Shown one piece after another: positions 10,081 through 18,440 of a DNA stretch of 64,000 nucleotides; the stretch's first letter is position 1, and each line of letters begins with the position of its first letter. The position numbers were made by a program, and so were the translations under genes. Source of the stretch: Sneathiellales bacterium (GTDB lineage: Bacteria > Pseudomonadota > Alphaproteobacteria > JANQFL01). The notes beneath the pieces were generated by a model. That model was not told the DNA's origin and did no database searches. It saw only the letters and a program-made list of their open reading frames with translations. The stretch spans positions 40,758 to 104,757 of the forward strand of contig JANQFL010000074.1 in assembly GCA_028277845.1 (NCBI GenBank). The letters are read 5' to 3'.

Positions 10081-10112
10081 CCATTTAGGGCTTGTTAACC
10101 CTAAATGGTTAA
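10081..10112. promoter_or_regulatory. 10-bp inverted repeat overlapping CtrA-like sites
   Basis: CCATTTAGGG-N8-CCCTAAATGG (10081-10108); TTTA-N7-TTAAC at 10084-10099; TTAACCAT on the minus strand at 10105-10112. Confidence 0.55.
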
Positions 10113-10201
10113 CGTTGGCGTATGAGCGCGGGCAACAATCCCGCTGGGGCAGTTTCGGGGAACCAGGACTGGAGGGGAGGAGAGAGAGCCAAAGGAGCGT
10201 A

Positions 10202-10984
10202 ATGATGGCTGTAAAAATGGTTGGGATGGCGTCCGAACAACTGGATGCCTTGAATCCCGCGAATGTTGTATCCGACGCCGAGGCGCGTGAAAACAATGTC
10301 CGCGTGCTTGGCGGTGTTCCCGGAGCGATGCTTGCGCGCATCAGGGACGGCGGCGCAACGCCCTACAGCTACTTACTCTGGCTTCGATTCTCCATGGTCA
10401 ACATGGCGGCTTTCGCCGTTGTCGGCGTCGCCTATATGCAAGGCTGGGTCGACATGGTCCTGGTCGCCGACAACACCGGTCTCAGCCTCGTTATTCTGGC
10501 GGCTTTCGTGATCGGCTTGGCTCTTGCCGCGCACAAGACCCTGCAAACCAGCCGCGAATTGAACTGCGCCCGCGAATTCGATCCGCCGCGCTGGAGCCGC
10601 GCGGCCCGCTATCTGGAAGCGACCTCCGGCCGGAACGCCGACAGCCGCGCCATGGTGGCGTCCGCGCTGAAACTGAAACTCGCAACCCGGATTTCGATCG
10701 TCAAGCACATCGGCAACAGCCTGGTAGTGCTCGGCCTGATCGGTACGGTTATCGGCTTTATCATCGCACTGTCCGGTGTCGACCCCGATACCGTCGGCGA
10801 CGTCAAGGCCGTCGGTCCGATGGTGTCGACCTTGATTCAAGGTATGTCGGTGGCCCTGTACACCACTCTTGTCGGCGCCGTGCTGAACATCTGGCTGATG
10901 ATCAACTACCAATTGCTGGCCGGCGGAACCGCCAATCTGATCGCCACGATCGTGGAATCCGGTGAGAGCCATGCCGGAGCCTGA
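10202..10984 (+). CDS. MotA/TolQ/ExbB proton-channel family protein
   Basis: AAGGAG RBS; LGLIGTVIG and GMSVALYTTLVG helices. Confidence 0.85.
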   Translation: MMAVKMVGMASEQLDALNPANVVSDAEARENNVRVLGGVPGAMLARIRDGGATPYSYLLWLRFSMVNMAAFAVVGVAYMQGWVDMVLVADNTGLSLVILAAFVIGLALAAHKTLQTSRELNCAREFDPPRWSRAARYLEATSGRNADSRAMVASALKLKLATRISIVKHIGNSLVVLGLIGTVIGFIIALSGVDPDTVGDVKAVGPMVSTLIQGMSVALYTTLVGAVLNIWLMINYQLLAGGTANLIATIVESGESHAGA

Positions 10985-11582
10985 TCTGTTCAGCGACGAA
11001 GACGACGGTGGCGCCACCGTTTTTCGCGATGTCATCATGTTGGCCCTGGCCGGGTTCGTGGCCATTGTCATCCTGCTGCTGCCGCATCTGAACCCGAAGG
11101 CCAAGGCGTCGAAGAGCGACGCCAATCCGCCGGGCAACGTCATCGTCGAGATGCGCTGGCCCGACGATATGGACACGGATGTGGATTTGTGGGTGGAAGC
11201 CCCCGGCGATAAGCCGGTTGGCTACTCCAACAAGGGCGGCCAGTTTTTCAATCTGCTGCGCGACGATCTCGGCCGTCTCGGCGACGCCACGGAAATGAAC
11301 TACGAAGTGTCGTACAGCCGCGGCATTCCGACCGGCGAGTACACGGTAAACGCCCACCTGTACCGTAATCTGGCGGGAACGTTCCCGGTTCCGGTTACGC
11401 TGGTGATCAGCGTCAAGCGCGATATCAGCGAATCGGCGCAACAGGTTCTGACGACCCGACTCAACCTGACCCACGAAGGCCAGGAACTGACAGCCTTCCG
11501 TTTCCGTCTCGACGAGCTGGCGCAAGTGGTGTCCGGCAGTGTGCACAATGTTCAACGCCCCTTGAGGGCAGCGGAGCGGTAA
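10971..11582 (+). CDS. Single-TM ExbD/MotB-position subunit with atypical periplasmic domain (DxDLWV)
   Basis: Overlaps upstream gene by 14 nt; Asp at start of TM (FRDVIMLALAGF); WPDDMDTDVDLWV...GEYTVNAHLY domain. Confidence 0.7.
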   Translation: MPEPDLFSDEDDGGATVFRDVIMLALAGFVAIVILLLPHLNPKAKASKSDANPPGNVIVEMRWPDDMDTDVDLWVEAPGDKPVGYSNKGGQFFNLLRDDLGRLGDATEMNYEVSYSRGIPTGEYTVNAHLYRNLAGTFPVPVTLVISVKRDISESAQQVLTTRLNLTHEGQELTAFRFRLDELAQVVSGSVHNVQRPLRAAER

Positions 11583-11587
11583 TCGAT

Positions 11588-12097
11588 ATGTCGCAATTGT
11601 CAGCCTTGTTTTTTGTCGCTCTCGCCCTGGTGACCGGATTGGGACTGATTGCCGTCTGGTCGCGGCGCAAGCTGGTTATCCGCTTTGGCGCTGTGGCGTT
11701 GACCGCGGCCTTCATCCCGCTGTCCTATGCGGCATTTTCGGAGCTCCTGAGCAAACCCAAGCCGGTGTCGCTCGAGTGGGCGAACCGCAACGCCGAGGAA
11801 GCCACCGTTCTGGCATCCCAGATGCAGGAGAATGTGGCGATATACATTTGGCTGGCTTTGCCCGAAGCGACGGAACCGCGGGCCTATGTGCTGCCGTGGG
11901 ATCGCCGGACCGCGCAGCAATTGCAAGGCGCCAACCGACAAGCGGAAAAGACCAAGTCGAAGGTGCGTATGCGCCGGCCGTTCCAAGTATCGATCGATAC
12001 CCGCGATGAACTGTTCTATGCAACACCGCAACGGTCCGGCCCGGAAAAGACACCGGGCAACGGCAACGCCATGGTTTACAACCGGTCCAATCAGTGA
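11588..12097 (+). CDS. Hypothetical membrane protein (2 N-terminal TM)
   Basis: 5 nt after previous gene; two hydrophobic helices, then SKPKP, AIYIWL, EPRAYVLPW. Confidence 0.7.
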   Translation: MSQLSALFFVALALVTGLGLIAVWSRRKLVIRFGAVALTAAFIPLSYAAFSELLSKPKPVSLEWANRNAEEATVLASQMQENVAIYIWLALPEATEPRAYVLPWDRRTAQQLQGANRQAEKTKSKVRMRRPFQVSIDTRDELFYATPQRSGPEKTPGNGNAMVYNRSNQ

Positions 12098-12123
12098 CTG
12101 CGACGTAATGCGCGGACACTGTT

Positions 12124-12855
12124 CTAAATGTGCGGTGTACCGGGGGTAAAGCTGTAGCCATCGCCGTGCACGGTCTTTATGAGGCGCGGCGGCTTGCCCT
12201 TTTCGCTTTCCAGTTTGTTGCGCAGACGGCCAATCAGAACGTCGATAGCCCGGCTCGGCGCATCCAGATCCTTCCCGTAGACCTCGCGATAAAGGATTTC
12301 CCGTGGGATCACCGTGTTGGGCGACTTGAGAAAGGCGCACAACAGTCGGAATTCCGTCGACGTGAGGGAGACCACCCGGCCGTCATCGGCCGTCAGATGG
12401 TGGCTGGGCATCGCCAGGGTCCACTCGGCAAAATGGTAGTTTCCCGCCGGCGGTTCCGATCCGGCTGCCGGCTCGGACTTGTGGGTTCGGCGCAGGACGC
12501 TGCGGATGCGAGCCAATAGCTCGCGGTTGGCGAACGGCTTGGCTACGTAGTCGTCGGCACCCATTTCGAGACCGACCACGAGATCCACGGTTTCGCCCTT
12601 GCCGGTCAGCATAATGATGCCGAGATCGTGCTTTTCACGGAGTTCCCGGGCCAGGGCCAGGCCGTCCTCGCCCGGAAGGACCAAATCAAGCAACACCAAA
12701 TCAACATGCCGCTCGTCGAGAACGGCACGCATTTGTGTGCCGTCGCCGGCTTCCGATACCTCGAAGCCCTCCCGGGTCAAATAGGTGTTGAGCATTTCCC
12801 TGAGGTCGGGGTCGTCGTCTACGACCAGAATGCCGTTTCTATCCTGCGACGTCAT
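12124..12855 (-). CDS. OmpR/PhoB-family response regulator
   Basis: ILVVDDD, LLDLVLPGEDG, GADDYVAKPF, winged-helix end IKTVHGDGY; start re-chosen at MTSQDR. Confidence 0.92.
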   Translation of the reverse strand: MTSQDRNGILVVDDDPDLREMLNTYLTREGFEVSEAGDGTQMRAVLDERHVDLVLLDLVLPGEDGLALARELREKHDLGIIMLTGKGETVDLVVGLEMGADDYVAKPFANRELLARIRSVLRRTHKSEPAAGSEPPAGNYHFAEWTLAMPSHHLTADDGRVVSLTSTEFRLLCAFLKSPNTVIPREILYREVYGKDLDAPSRAIDVLIGRLRNKLESEKGKPPRLIKTVHGDGYSFTPGTPHI

Positions 12856-13092
12856 AGCTTTCGGCGTCCAATTGCGTGCCGAAATCTTGAGAGTGCGCCA
12901 ATAGCGATAAGCATCAAAGTCACGGTCTTCGCGATCCCACTTTTTTGAATTTTCGCTCAATGCGGCAGCCCTGACAACCGCCTAGCGGCACTCTATGTAA
13001 CAAACCGGGCTCTATCCTTGGTCGTAGAGCCGTTCGAAGAGTTCGACTGCTGGTGTCGAATTTCTTGAGTGTATCTATAATAAAATGATAAT

Positions 13093-13110
13093 TGTAACAT
13101 ATTTGTTACA
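13093..13110. promoter_or_regulatory. Inverted repeat TGTAACA-N4-TGTTACA in AT-rich divergent promoter region
   Basis: Perfect 7-4-7 palindrome; extra TGTAACA at about 12996. Confidence 0.45.
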
Positions 13111-13279
13111 TAAGTTTTACTTTCGTATCTCGATGTATAGTGCATTCTTTATTTATTTGTTAACACTTTTTTATTTACAACTAACTGATTGTTAACTATT
13201 TAAACTGACAATCCTATTTGTAGGCTTCATCAGTAGAGTTTGTCGATTTGAAGTGAGCCTCGTGGTGGAGATCGAACAC

Positions 13280-13585
13280 ATGGCGCAACTGGACCAGGAA
13301 GCACAGGATTCATGCCGTTGGGCCGCCGAAGTCGGTGACGCGGATGCGCAGTTCCATCTCGGATGTCTTTATGCCACGGGTCAGGGTGTGCCGCGGGATT
13401 TCGTGATCGCCCAGAAATGGCTCAATCTTGCTGCGGCAGCCGGTGTCAATGAGGCCAATTCGTATCGTGCCCGGCTCGCGCAGAACATGACGGCGACAGA
13501 AATCGCCGAAGCCGTGAGACTGGCGCGACGCTGGAAGTCGGGATGCGTCGTCGTCTCTGGAGGAGACACATGCTACGTAAACTGA
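13280..13585 (+). CDS. Short Sel1-repeat protein
   Basis: AAEVGDADAQFHLGCLYATGQGVPRDFVIAQKWLNLAA. Confidence 0.8.
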   Translation: MAQLDQEAQDSCRWAAEVGDADAQFHLGCLYATGQGVPRDFVIAQKWLNLAAAAGVNEANSYRARLAQNMTATEIAEAVRLARRWKSGCVVVSGGDTCYVN

Positions 13586-13863
13586 CCCTTGCCGCCGTGC
13601 TGGCCCTGTTCCCGTTCGCAGCGAACGCACAGTCCATGTGCACCGAACGTACCGATATTCTGAAAGCGCTTGGCACCAAGTACTCGGAGGCCCCCGTCGC
13701 CATGGGTTTGGCCGCGAACGGAACCGTGCTGGAAGTGCTCGCGTCCAAGGACGGAACCTGGACGATCATATTTACCCGGCCGAACGGCATGAGTTGTGTT
13801 CTTGCCGCCGGCCAGTCCTGGGAATCGATTGAGAAAACGGCGGCTTTGGGTCCCAAAGCTTAG
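13570..13863 (+). CDS. Small exported hypothetical protein (two Cys)
   Basis: AGGAG RBS; signal ANA-Q; C..R...L..KY.E, GTWTI..T.PNG.SC..AAG..W pattern. Confidence 0.75.
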   Translation: MLRKLTLAAVLALFPFAANAQSMCTERTDILKALGTKYSEAPVAMGLAANGTVLEVLASKDGTWTIIFTRPNGMSCVLAAGQSWESIEKTAALGPKA

Positions 13864-13923
13864 TCGCCTTCATCGATTCCCTCCCCTCCCGGGGAAACCC
13901 GGGATTGTCCCGAGCCCTCCACT

Positions 13924-13952
13924 AATGGGCGCCATCCGGCGCCCATTTTTTT
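13924..13952 (+). terminator. Rho-independent terminator
   Basis: AATGGGCGCC-ATCC-GGCGCCCATT followed by a T-run, between convergent genes. Confidence 0.8.
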
Positions 13953-13975
13953 GTCTGCCGTTCGTCGGCGGAAAT

Positions 13976-15685
13976 TTAGTCCGTCAACACAACGCCTTCG
14001 CGCCGCGGATCGGCGCCGCCGTCCAGGCCGGTCGCCGTGAACCGGATGCCGTGCAAACCGCTGTTGAGCGTACGGACGCGGACGTTGTGGCCCAGCGCCG
14101 TCAACGCGGGTTCGAGCCTTGCCGCAGCCGTACCCTGCTCCAGGTCTGTCGTTCCGTTGCGGTTGACGAAGTGGGGCTGATCGATCGCCTGTTGCATGGA
14201 CATGTTCCAATCCAGGACGCCGATGATCGTTTTGGTGACATAGCCGATGATCCGGCTGCCCCCCGGTGAACCGACGGCGGCGACGGGATTATCCTGTTGG
14301 TCGAGAATGATGGTCGGAGACATGGAGCTGCGCGGGCGTTTGCCGGGCTCGACCCGGTTGGCAACGGGCCTCCCGTCCTTTTCGGGGCGGAATGAAAAAT
14401 CGGTCAATTGGTTGTTGAGCAGGAACCCGCGCACCATCAGGCGCGAACCGAACGCGTTCTCGACGCTGGTGGTCATCGACACGATATTGCCTTGTCCATC
14501 CACGATGGTGAAATGGCTGGTGGATGGTAGCGCACCGTCACTATTGGGCGCCCATGGCAGCCCGTCGCCCTTCTTTTGCAACGGTGTTCCGGCTCGGGCC
14601 TTGCCCATGGAACGGGCGGGGTCGATTTGCTTGGCGCGTGATCCGAGGTAACCGCGCGACAGCATCGCGGTCACGGGCACGTCCACGAAATCGGTATCGG
14701 CGACGTACTGACCACGGTCGGCAAAGGCGAGCCGGCTGGCCTCGCTGATGACATGCACGGCCTCGACCGATCCCGGCGCCATGGTGTGGAGCGGAAAATG
14801 TTCCAGAATTCCCAGGATCTGCAGTGTTGCGATGCCTCCGGACGTGGGCGGCGGCATGGTGCAGACCCGGTGCCCGCGGTACGGCCGGCACAAGGCGTCG
14901 CGTTTCACGGCGCGGTATCCGGCAAGGTCGTCCATGGTCAGCCGACCGGGATTGCCCGCGTGCGATTGCACCGTCTCCACGATGTCGCGCGCGATCGCAC
15001 CCGTATACAGGGCGTCCGCCCCTTCCTCGGCAATGGTGCGCAGGGTCTCGCCGTATGCCCTGTTGACCAGGACGTGGCCCACCGGCAATGGTGCGCCGTC
15101 AGGCAGATAGAAGTATCGCCGCGCGCTCACCTGCGTGCGCAGATGCTTGTCGCGTGTGAGCAGGAAGTTGAGGCGGGGCGACACTTCGAACCCTTTCTCG
15201 GCCAGGTCGATCGCGCCACCGAACAGTGTCTTCCATGGCCGTTGTCCGTGATCGGCATGCGCCATCTGCAGCATGCGCAACACGCCGGGCGCGCCGACCG
15301 ACCGGCCGCCGACCACCGCGCCATAGAACTTCAGCGGTTTGCCGTCCGGGCCGAGAAACAAGTCCGGTGCCGCCGCCGCCGGCGCCATTTCCCGACCGTC
15401 ATAGGCATGGACCGCCTTGTCTTTAGCGGAGTAATGCAACAGAAAGGCGCCCCCGCCGATGCCCGACGATTGCGGTTCCACCAGGCCGAGCACCGCCTGA
15501 ACGGCGATGGCGGCATCCACGGCGCCGCCACCGGCCCGCAGCACGGCCATGCCGGCCTCGGCCGCATGAGGATTGGCGGCGGCGACCATGGGGCCCTGGT
15601 CCTGGGCACTTGCCGGAATCGCCAGGCAGCCAAACAACAGCGACAGATAGCCCAGCCGGACAAGCCACAACGATAGACGCCTCAC
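13976..15685 (-). CDS. ggt: Gamma-glutamyltransferase
   Basis: AGGAGGT RBS before GTG 15685; LVEPQSSGIGGG, DGREMAP, catalytic TSHFTIVD, PGKRPRSSMSP, GGADPRREG. Confidence 0.95.
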   Translation of the reverse strand: MRRLSLWLVRLGYLSLLFGCLAIPASAQDQGPMVAAANPHAAEAGMAVLRAGGGAVDAAIAVQAVLGLVEPQSSGIGGGAFLLHYSAKDKAVHAYDGREMAPAAAAPDLFLGPDGKPLKFYGAVVGGRSVGAPGVLRMLQMAHADHGQRPWKTLFGGAIDLAEKGFEVSPRLNFLLTRDKHLRTQVSARRYFYLPDGAPLPVGHVLVNRAYGETLRTIAEEGADALYTGAIARDIVETVQSHAGNPGRLTMDDLAGYRAVKRDALCRPYRGHRVCTMPPPTSGGIATLQILGILEHFPLHTMAPGSVEAVHVISEASRLAFADRGQYVADTDFVDVPVTAMLSRGYLGSRAKQIDPARSMGKARAGTPLQKKGDGLPWAPNSDGALPSTSHFTIVDGQGNIVSMTTSVENAFGSRLMVRGFLLNNQLTDFSFRPEKDGRPVANRVEPGKRPRSSMSPTIILDQQDNPVAAVGSPGGSRIIGYVTKTIIGVLDWNMSMQQAIDQPHFVNRNGTTDLEQGTAAARLEPALTALGHNVRVRTLNSGLHGIRFTATGLDGGADPRREGVVLTD

Positions 15686-15829
15686 GTGATACCTCCTGCT
15701 TTGTCTCGTCAACCGTGCAAAACCGTGACATACGCTTTGGTTCGGCGAAAATACGCCACACGGTAACATTGACCGGCATAATACCAGTGGTTAGTGTCAA
15801 TATTTGTTTGCGTACAGTCTAATCACAAT

Positions 15830-16873
15830 ATGGTCGAACCCGGTCCCAGAAATCTCATATCCGATGTCGACGGTATCCTGGTCGGCAACGCCAGCGACGA
15901 AACCGTCCGGACCGGCGTCACTGTCATCATGAACGACGGCCGCATGAACGCGGCGGTGGATGTCCGGGGTGGCGGACCGGGAACCCGCGAGACGGACGCC
16001 CTGAACCCGGCCTGCGCCGTGGACGGCATCGATGCACTCGTGTTCGCCGGCGGGTCGGCGTTTGGCCTGGATGCCGCCAGCGGCGTCATGTCGTGGATGG
16101 CGGGGCAGGAGCGCGGATTTCCGGTTGGTCCGTTTCGTATCCCGATCGTGCCGTCGGCGATCATCTTTGATTTGGCCAATGGCGGCGACAAAAGCTGGGG
16201 CGGTTCCGCACCGTATCGCGGATTGGGCAAGCTTGCCGCCGCGTCGGTCGATGCCGAATTCGATCTCGGCAATGCCGGTGCCGGCCTGGGCGCGATGGCG
16301 GGCCGCATCAAGGGCGGTCTCGGCAGTACGTCGCTTGTCTCCGAAGACGGCATCGTCGTCGGTGCCCTGGTCGTGGCCAATCCGGTCGGATCGGTCGTGA
16401 TGCCCGGCACGTCGACTTTCTGGGCATGGGCGCTCGAACAGAACGCGGAACTGGGCGGCCAGAAGGCGCCCGCCGGAGACGTCGAGATCGATTTGGAACT
16501 GCCCTTGGAATCCCGTATTGGCGGGGATGTCCAGGCCGGCGCCAACACGACGGTCGCCGCCGTGGCAACGAATCTCGAATTGGACCGGGCTCAACTCCAA
16601 CGTGTAGCGATCATGGCTCAGGACGGGTTCGCCCGGGCAATCCGGCCCGTGCATACGCCGTTCGATGGTGATACCGTATTCGCTTTGTCAACGCGTGCCA
16701 GGCCGGTCGAAGGGCTCGCAGCCCTGGCCGTCGCCCGGGCGGGCATGATGGCAGCGGATTGTGTGGCGCGTGCCGTGGCGCGGGCCGTCTATTGTGCCGA
16801 TAGCGTGTGGGGTATTCCCAGCTATCGGTCCGTTCATGCCGGCATTATGTCCGGCGAGCACAGGGAGGTGTGA
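15830..16873 (+). CDS. P1/S58 family peptidase (DmpA-like)
   Basis: NLISDVDGILVG, RGGGPGTRET, GGSAFGL, NTT, HTPFDGDTVF. Confidence 0.88.
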   Translation: MVEPGPRNLISDVDGILVGNASDETVRTGVTVIMNDGRMNAAVDVRGGGPGTRETDALNPACAVDGIDALVFAGGSAFGLDAASGVMSWMAGQERGFPVGPFRIPIVPSAIIFDLANGGDKSWGGSAPYRGLGKLAAASVDAEFDLGNAGAGLGAMAGRIKGGLGSTSLVSEDGIVVGALVVANPVGSVVMPGTSTFWAWALEQNAELGGQKAPAGDVEIDLELPLESRIGGDVQAGANTTVAAVATNLELDRAQLQRVAIMAQDGFARAIRPVHTPFDGDTVFALSTRARPVEGLAALAVARAGMMAADCVARAVARAVYCADSVWGIPSYRSVHAGIMSGEHREV

Positions 16874-18352
16874 ATGAAGAAGCTTACTCTATCGGCGCTG
16901 GCCGTTGCGGCGGTCGTCGTACCGGCGACGGCGTATGCCGCCAAGGATTCGGTGGTCCTCGGCATGCGCCTGGAACCCCGCGGTCTCGATCCCAGGGCCA
17001 AGGCGGAGGCGGCGATATCGCAAATCACGCTCTACAACCTCTATGAGGGCCTCACCCGCATCAACAAGAGTGGTGAGGTCACGCCCGGACTGGCGGAAAG
17101 CTGGACGGTTTCCGACGATCAGACGACCTACACCTTCAATCTGCGCAAGGGTGTGAAATTCCACGATGGCACCGATTTCGATTCCGGTGACGTCAAGTGG
17201 ACGTTCGAAGCCAATGCCGCCGAGGACAGCACCAACAAGCGTAAGAAGTACTTCACCAACATGGCGTCCATCGAAACGCCGGACGCGCACACGGTCCGCA
17301 TCACCCTGAAGGAAGCGCGGCCGACGTTCCTGTTCAACATGGGTGAAACCACGGCCATCGTCGTCGGGCCGGAATCGGCGGCTTCGAACGGTACCAAGCC
17401 GGTCGGAACCGGCCCGTTCGAATTCTCCAAATGGGTCAAGGGCGATTCGGTGACCCTGACCAAATCGGCCTCCTATCGCGATGCCGGTTCGATCAAGCTG
17501 AGCAAAGTGACGTTCAAGTTCATCAACGATGCATCGGCGCAGGTTGCCGCCCTGCTGTCGGGCGATGTGGACGTGTTCCCCAACTTCGACCCGAAAAACG
17601 TCGCCCAGTTCAAGGCGGACCCGGGTTTCGAAGTGCTTGAAGGCACGACGGAAGGGGAAACCATCCTGTCGACCAACAACAAGTCTGACAAGCTCAAGGA
17701 TATCCGGGTGCGCCAGGCCATCGCCCATGCCCTGAACCGCCAGGAAATCATCGATGGCGCCATGTTCGGTGCAGGCACGCCGATCGGCACGCATTTCGCT
17801 CCGCATAATCCGGCCTATGTCGACTTGATCAACACGTATCCCTACGATCCGGCCAAGGCCAAGGCACTGCTGAAGGAAGCGGGTCACGGCGACGGGTTGA
17901 CCCTCAGCCTGAAGCTGCCGCCGCCGACCTACGCGCGGGATGGCGGCCAAATCGTTGCGGCTCAATTGGCCAAGGTGGGCATCAAGGCCGAAATCCAGAA
18001 TGTGGAATGGCCGGTCTGGCTGAAGGAAGTTTACAAGGAAAAGAACTACGATCTGTCGATCGTCAGTCATGTGGAGCCGAACGACATCGGTATCTACACC
18101 AACCCGAAATATTACTTCCAGTACGACAGCCAGGAATTCCGCGACATCATGAAAAAGGCGGATAGCGCGCTCGATCCGGCGGAACGCACTAAGCATCTGC
18201 AAGCGGCGCAACGCAAGATCGCCGAAGATGCGGTCAACGGTTATTTGTTCCAGTTCGCAAAGGTCACGGTAGTCCGTAAGGGCTTGCAGGGTGTCTGGCA
18301 AAATGCGCCGGTCTGGGCCAATGACATGGCGGCGATATCCTGGTCGAACTGA
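16874..18352 (+). CDS. ABC transporter substrate-binding protein, family 5 (peptide/nickel)
   Basis: Signal peptide; LAESW, YTFNLRKGVKFHDG, PVGTGPF, RVRQAI. Confidence 0.92.
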   Translation: MKKLTLSALAVAAVVVPATAYAAKDSVVLGMRLEPRGLDPRAKAEAAISQITLYNLYEGLTRINKSGEVTPGLAESWTVSDDQTTYTFNLRKGVKFHDGTDFDSGDVKWTFEANAAEDSTNKRKKYFTNMASIETPDAHTVRITLKEARPTFLFNMGETTAIVVGPESAASNGTKPVGTGPFEFSKWVKGDSVTLTKSASYRDAGSIKLSKVTFKFINDASAQVAALLSGDVDVFPNFDPKNVAQFKADPGFEVLEGTTEGETILSTNNKSDKLKDIRVRQAIAHALNRQEIIDGAMFGAGTPIGTHFAPHNPAYVDLINTYPYDPAKAKALLKEAGHGDGLTLSLKLPPPTYARDGGQIVAAQLAKVGIKAEIQNVEWPVWLKEVYKEKNYDLSIVSHVEPNDIGIYTNPKYYFQYDSQEFRDIMKKADSALDPAERTKHLQAAQRKIAEDAVNGYLFQFAKVTVVRKGLQGVWQNAPVWANDMAAISWSN

Positions 18353-18378
18353 CCTGTTCGCCGGTAATTACAAACCGA

Positions 18379-18409
18379 CAACCGCCCGGCTTTGCCGGGC
18401 GGTTTTTTT
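18379..18409 (+). terminator. Rho-independent terminator
   Basis: AACCGCCCGGC-TTT-GCCGGGCGGTT plus T-run after the SBP gene. Confidence 0.85.
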
Positions 18410-18440
18410 CTGCAAAGGTTTGTTTGGACAGGAAATGCTC

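Noticed and set aside
10202-12097. Zorya defence system or flagellar stator
   Set aside because: First gene lacks ZorA's long cytoplasmic tail, second lacks an OmpA-like domain, and there are no zorC/D/E or flagellar genes
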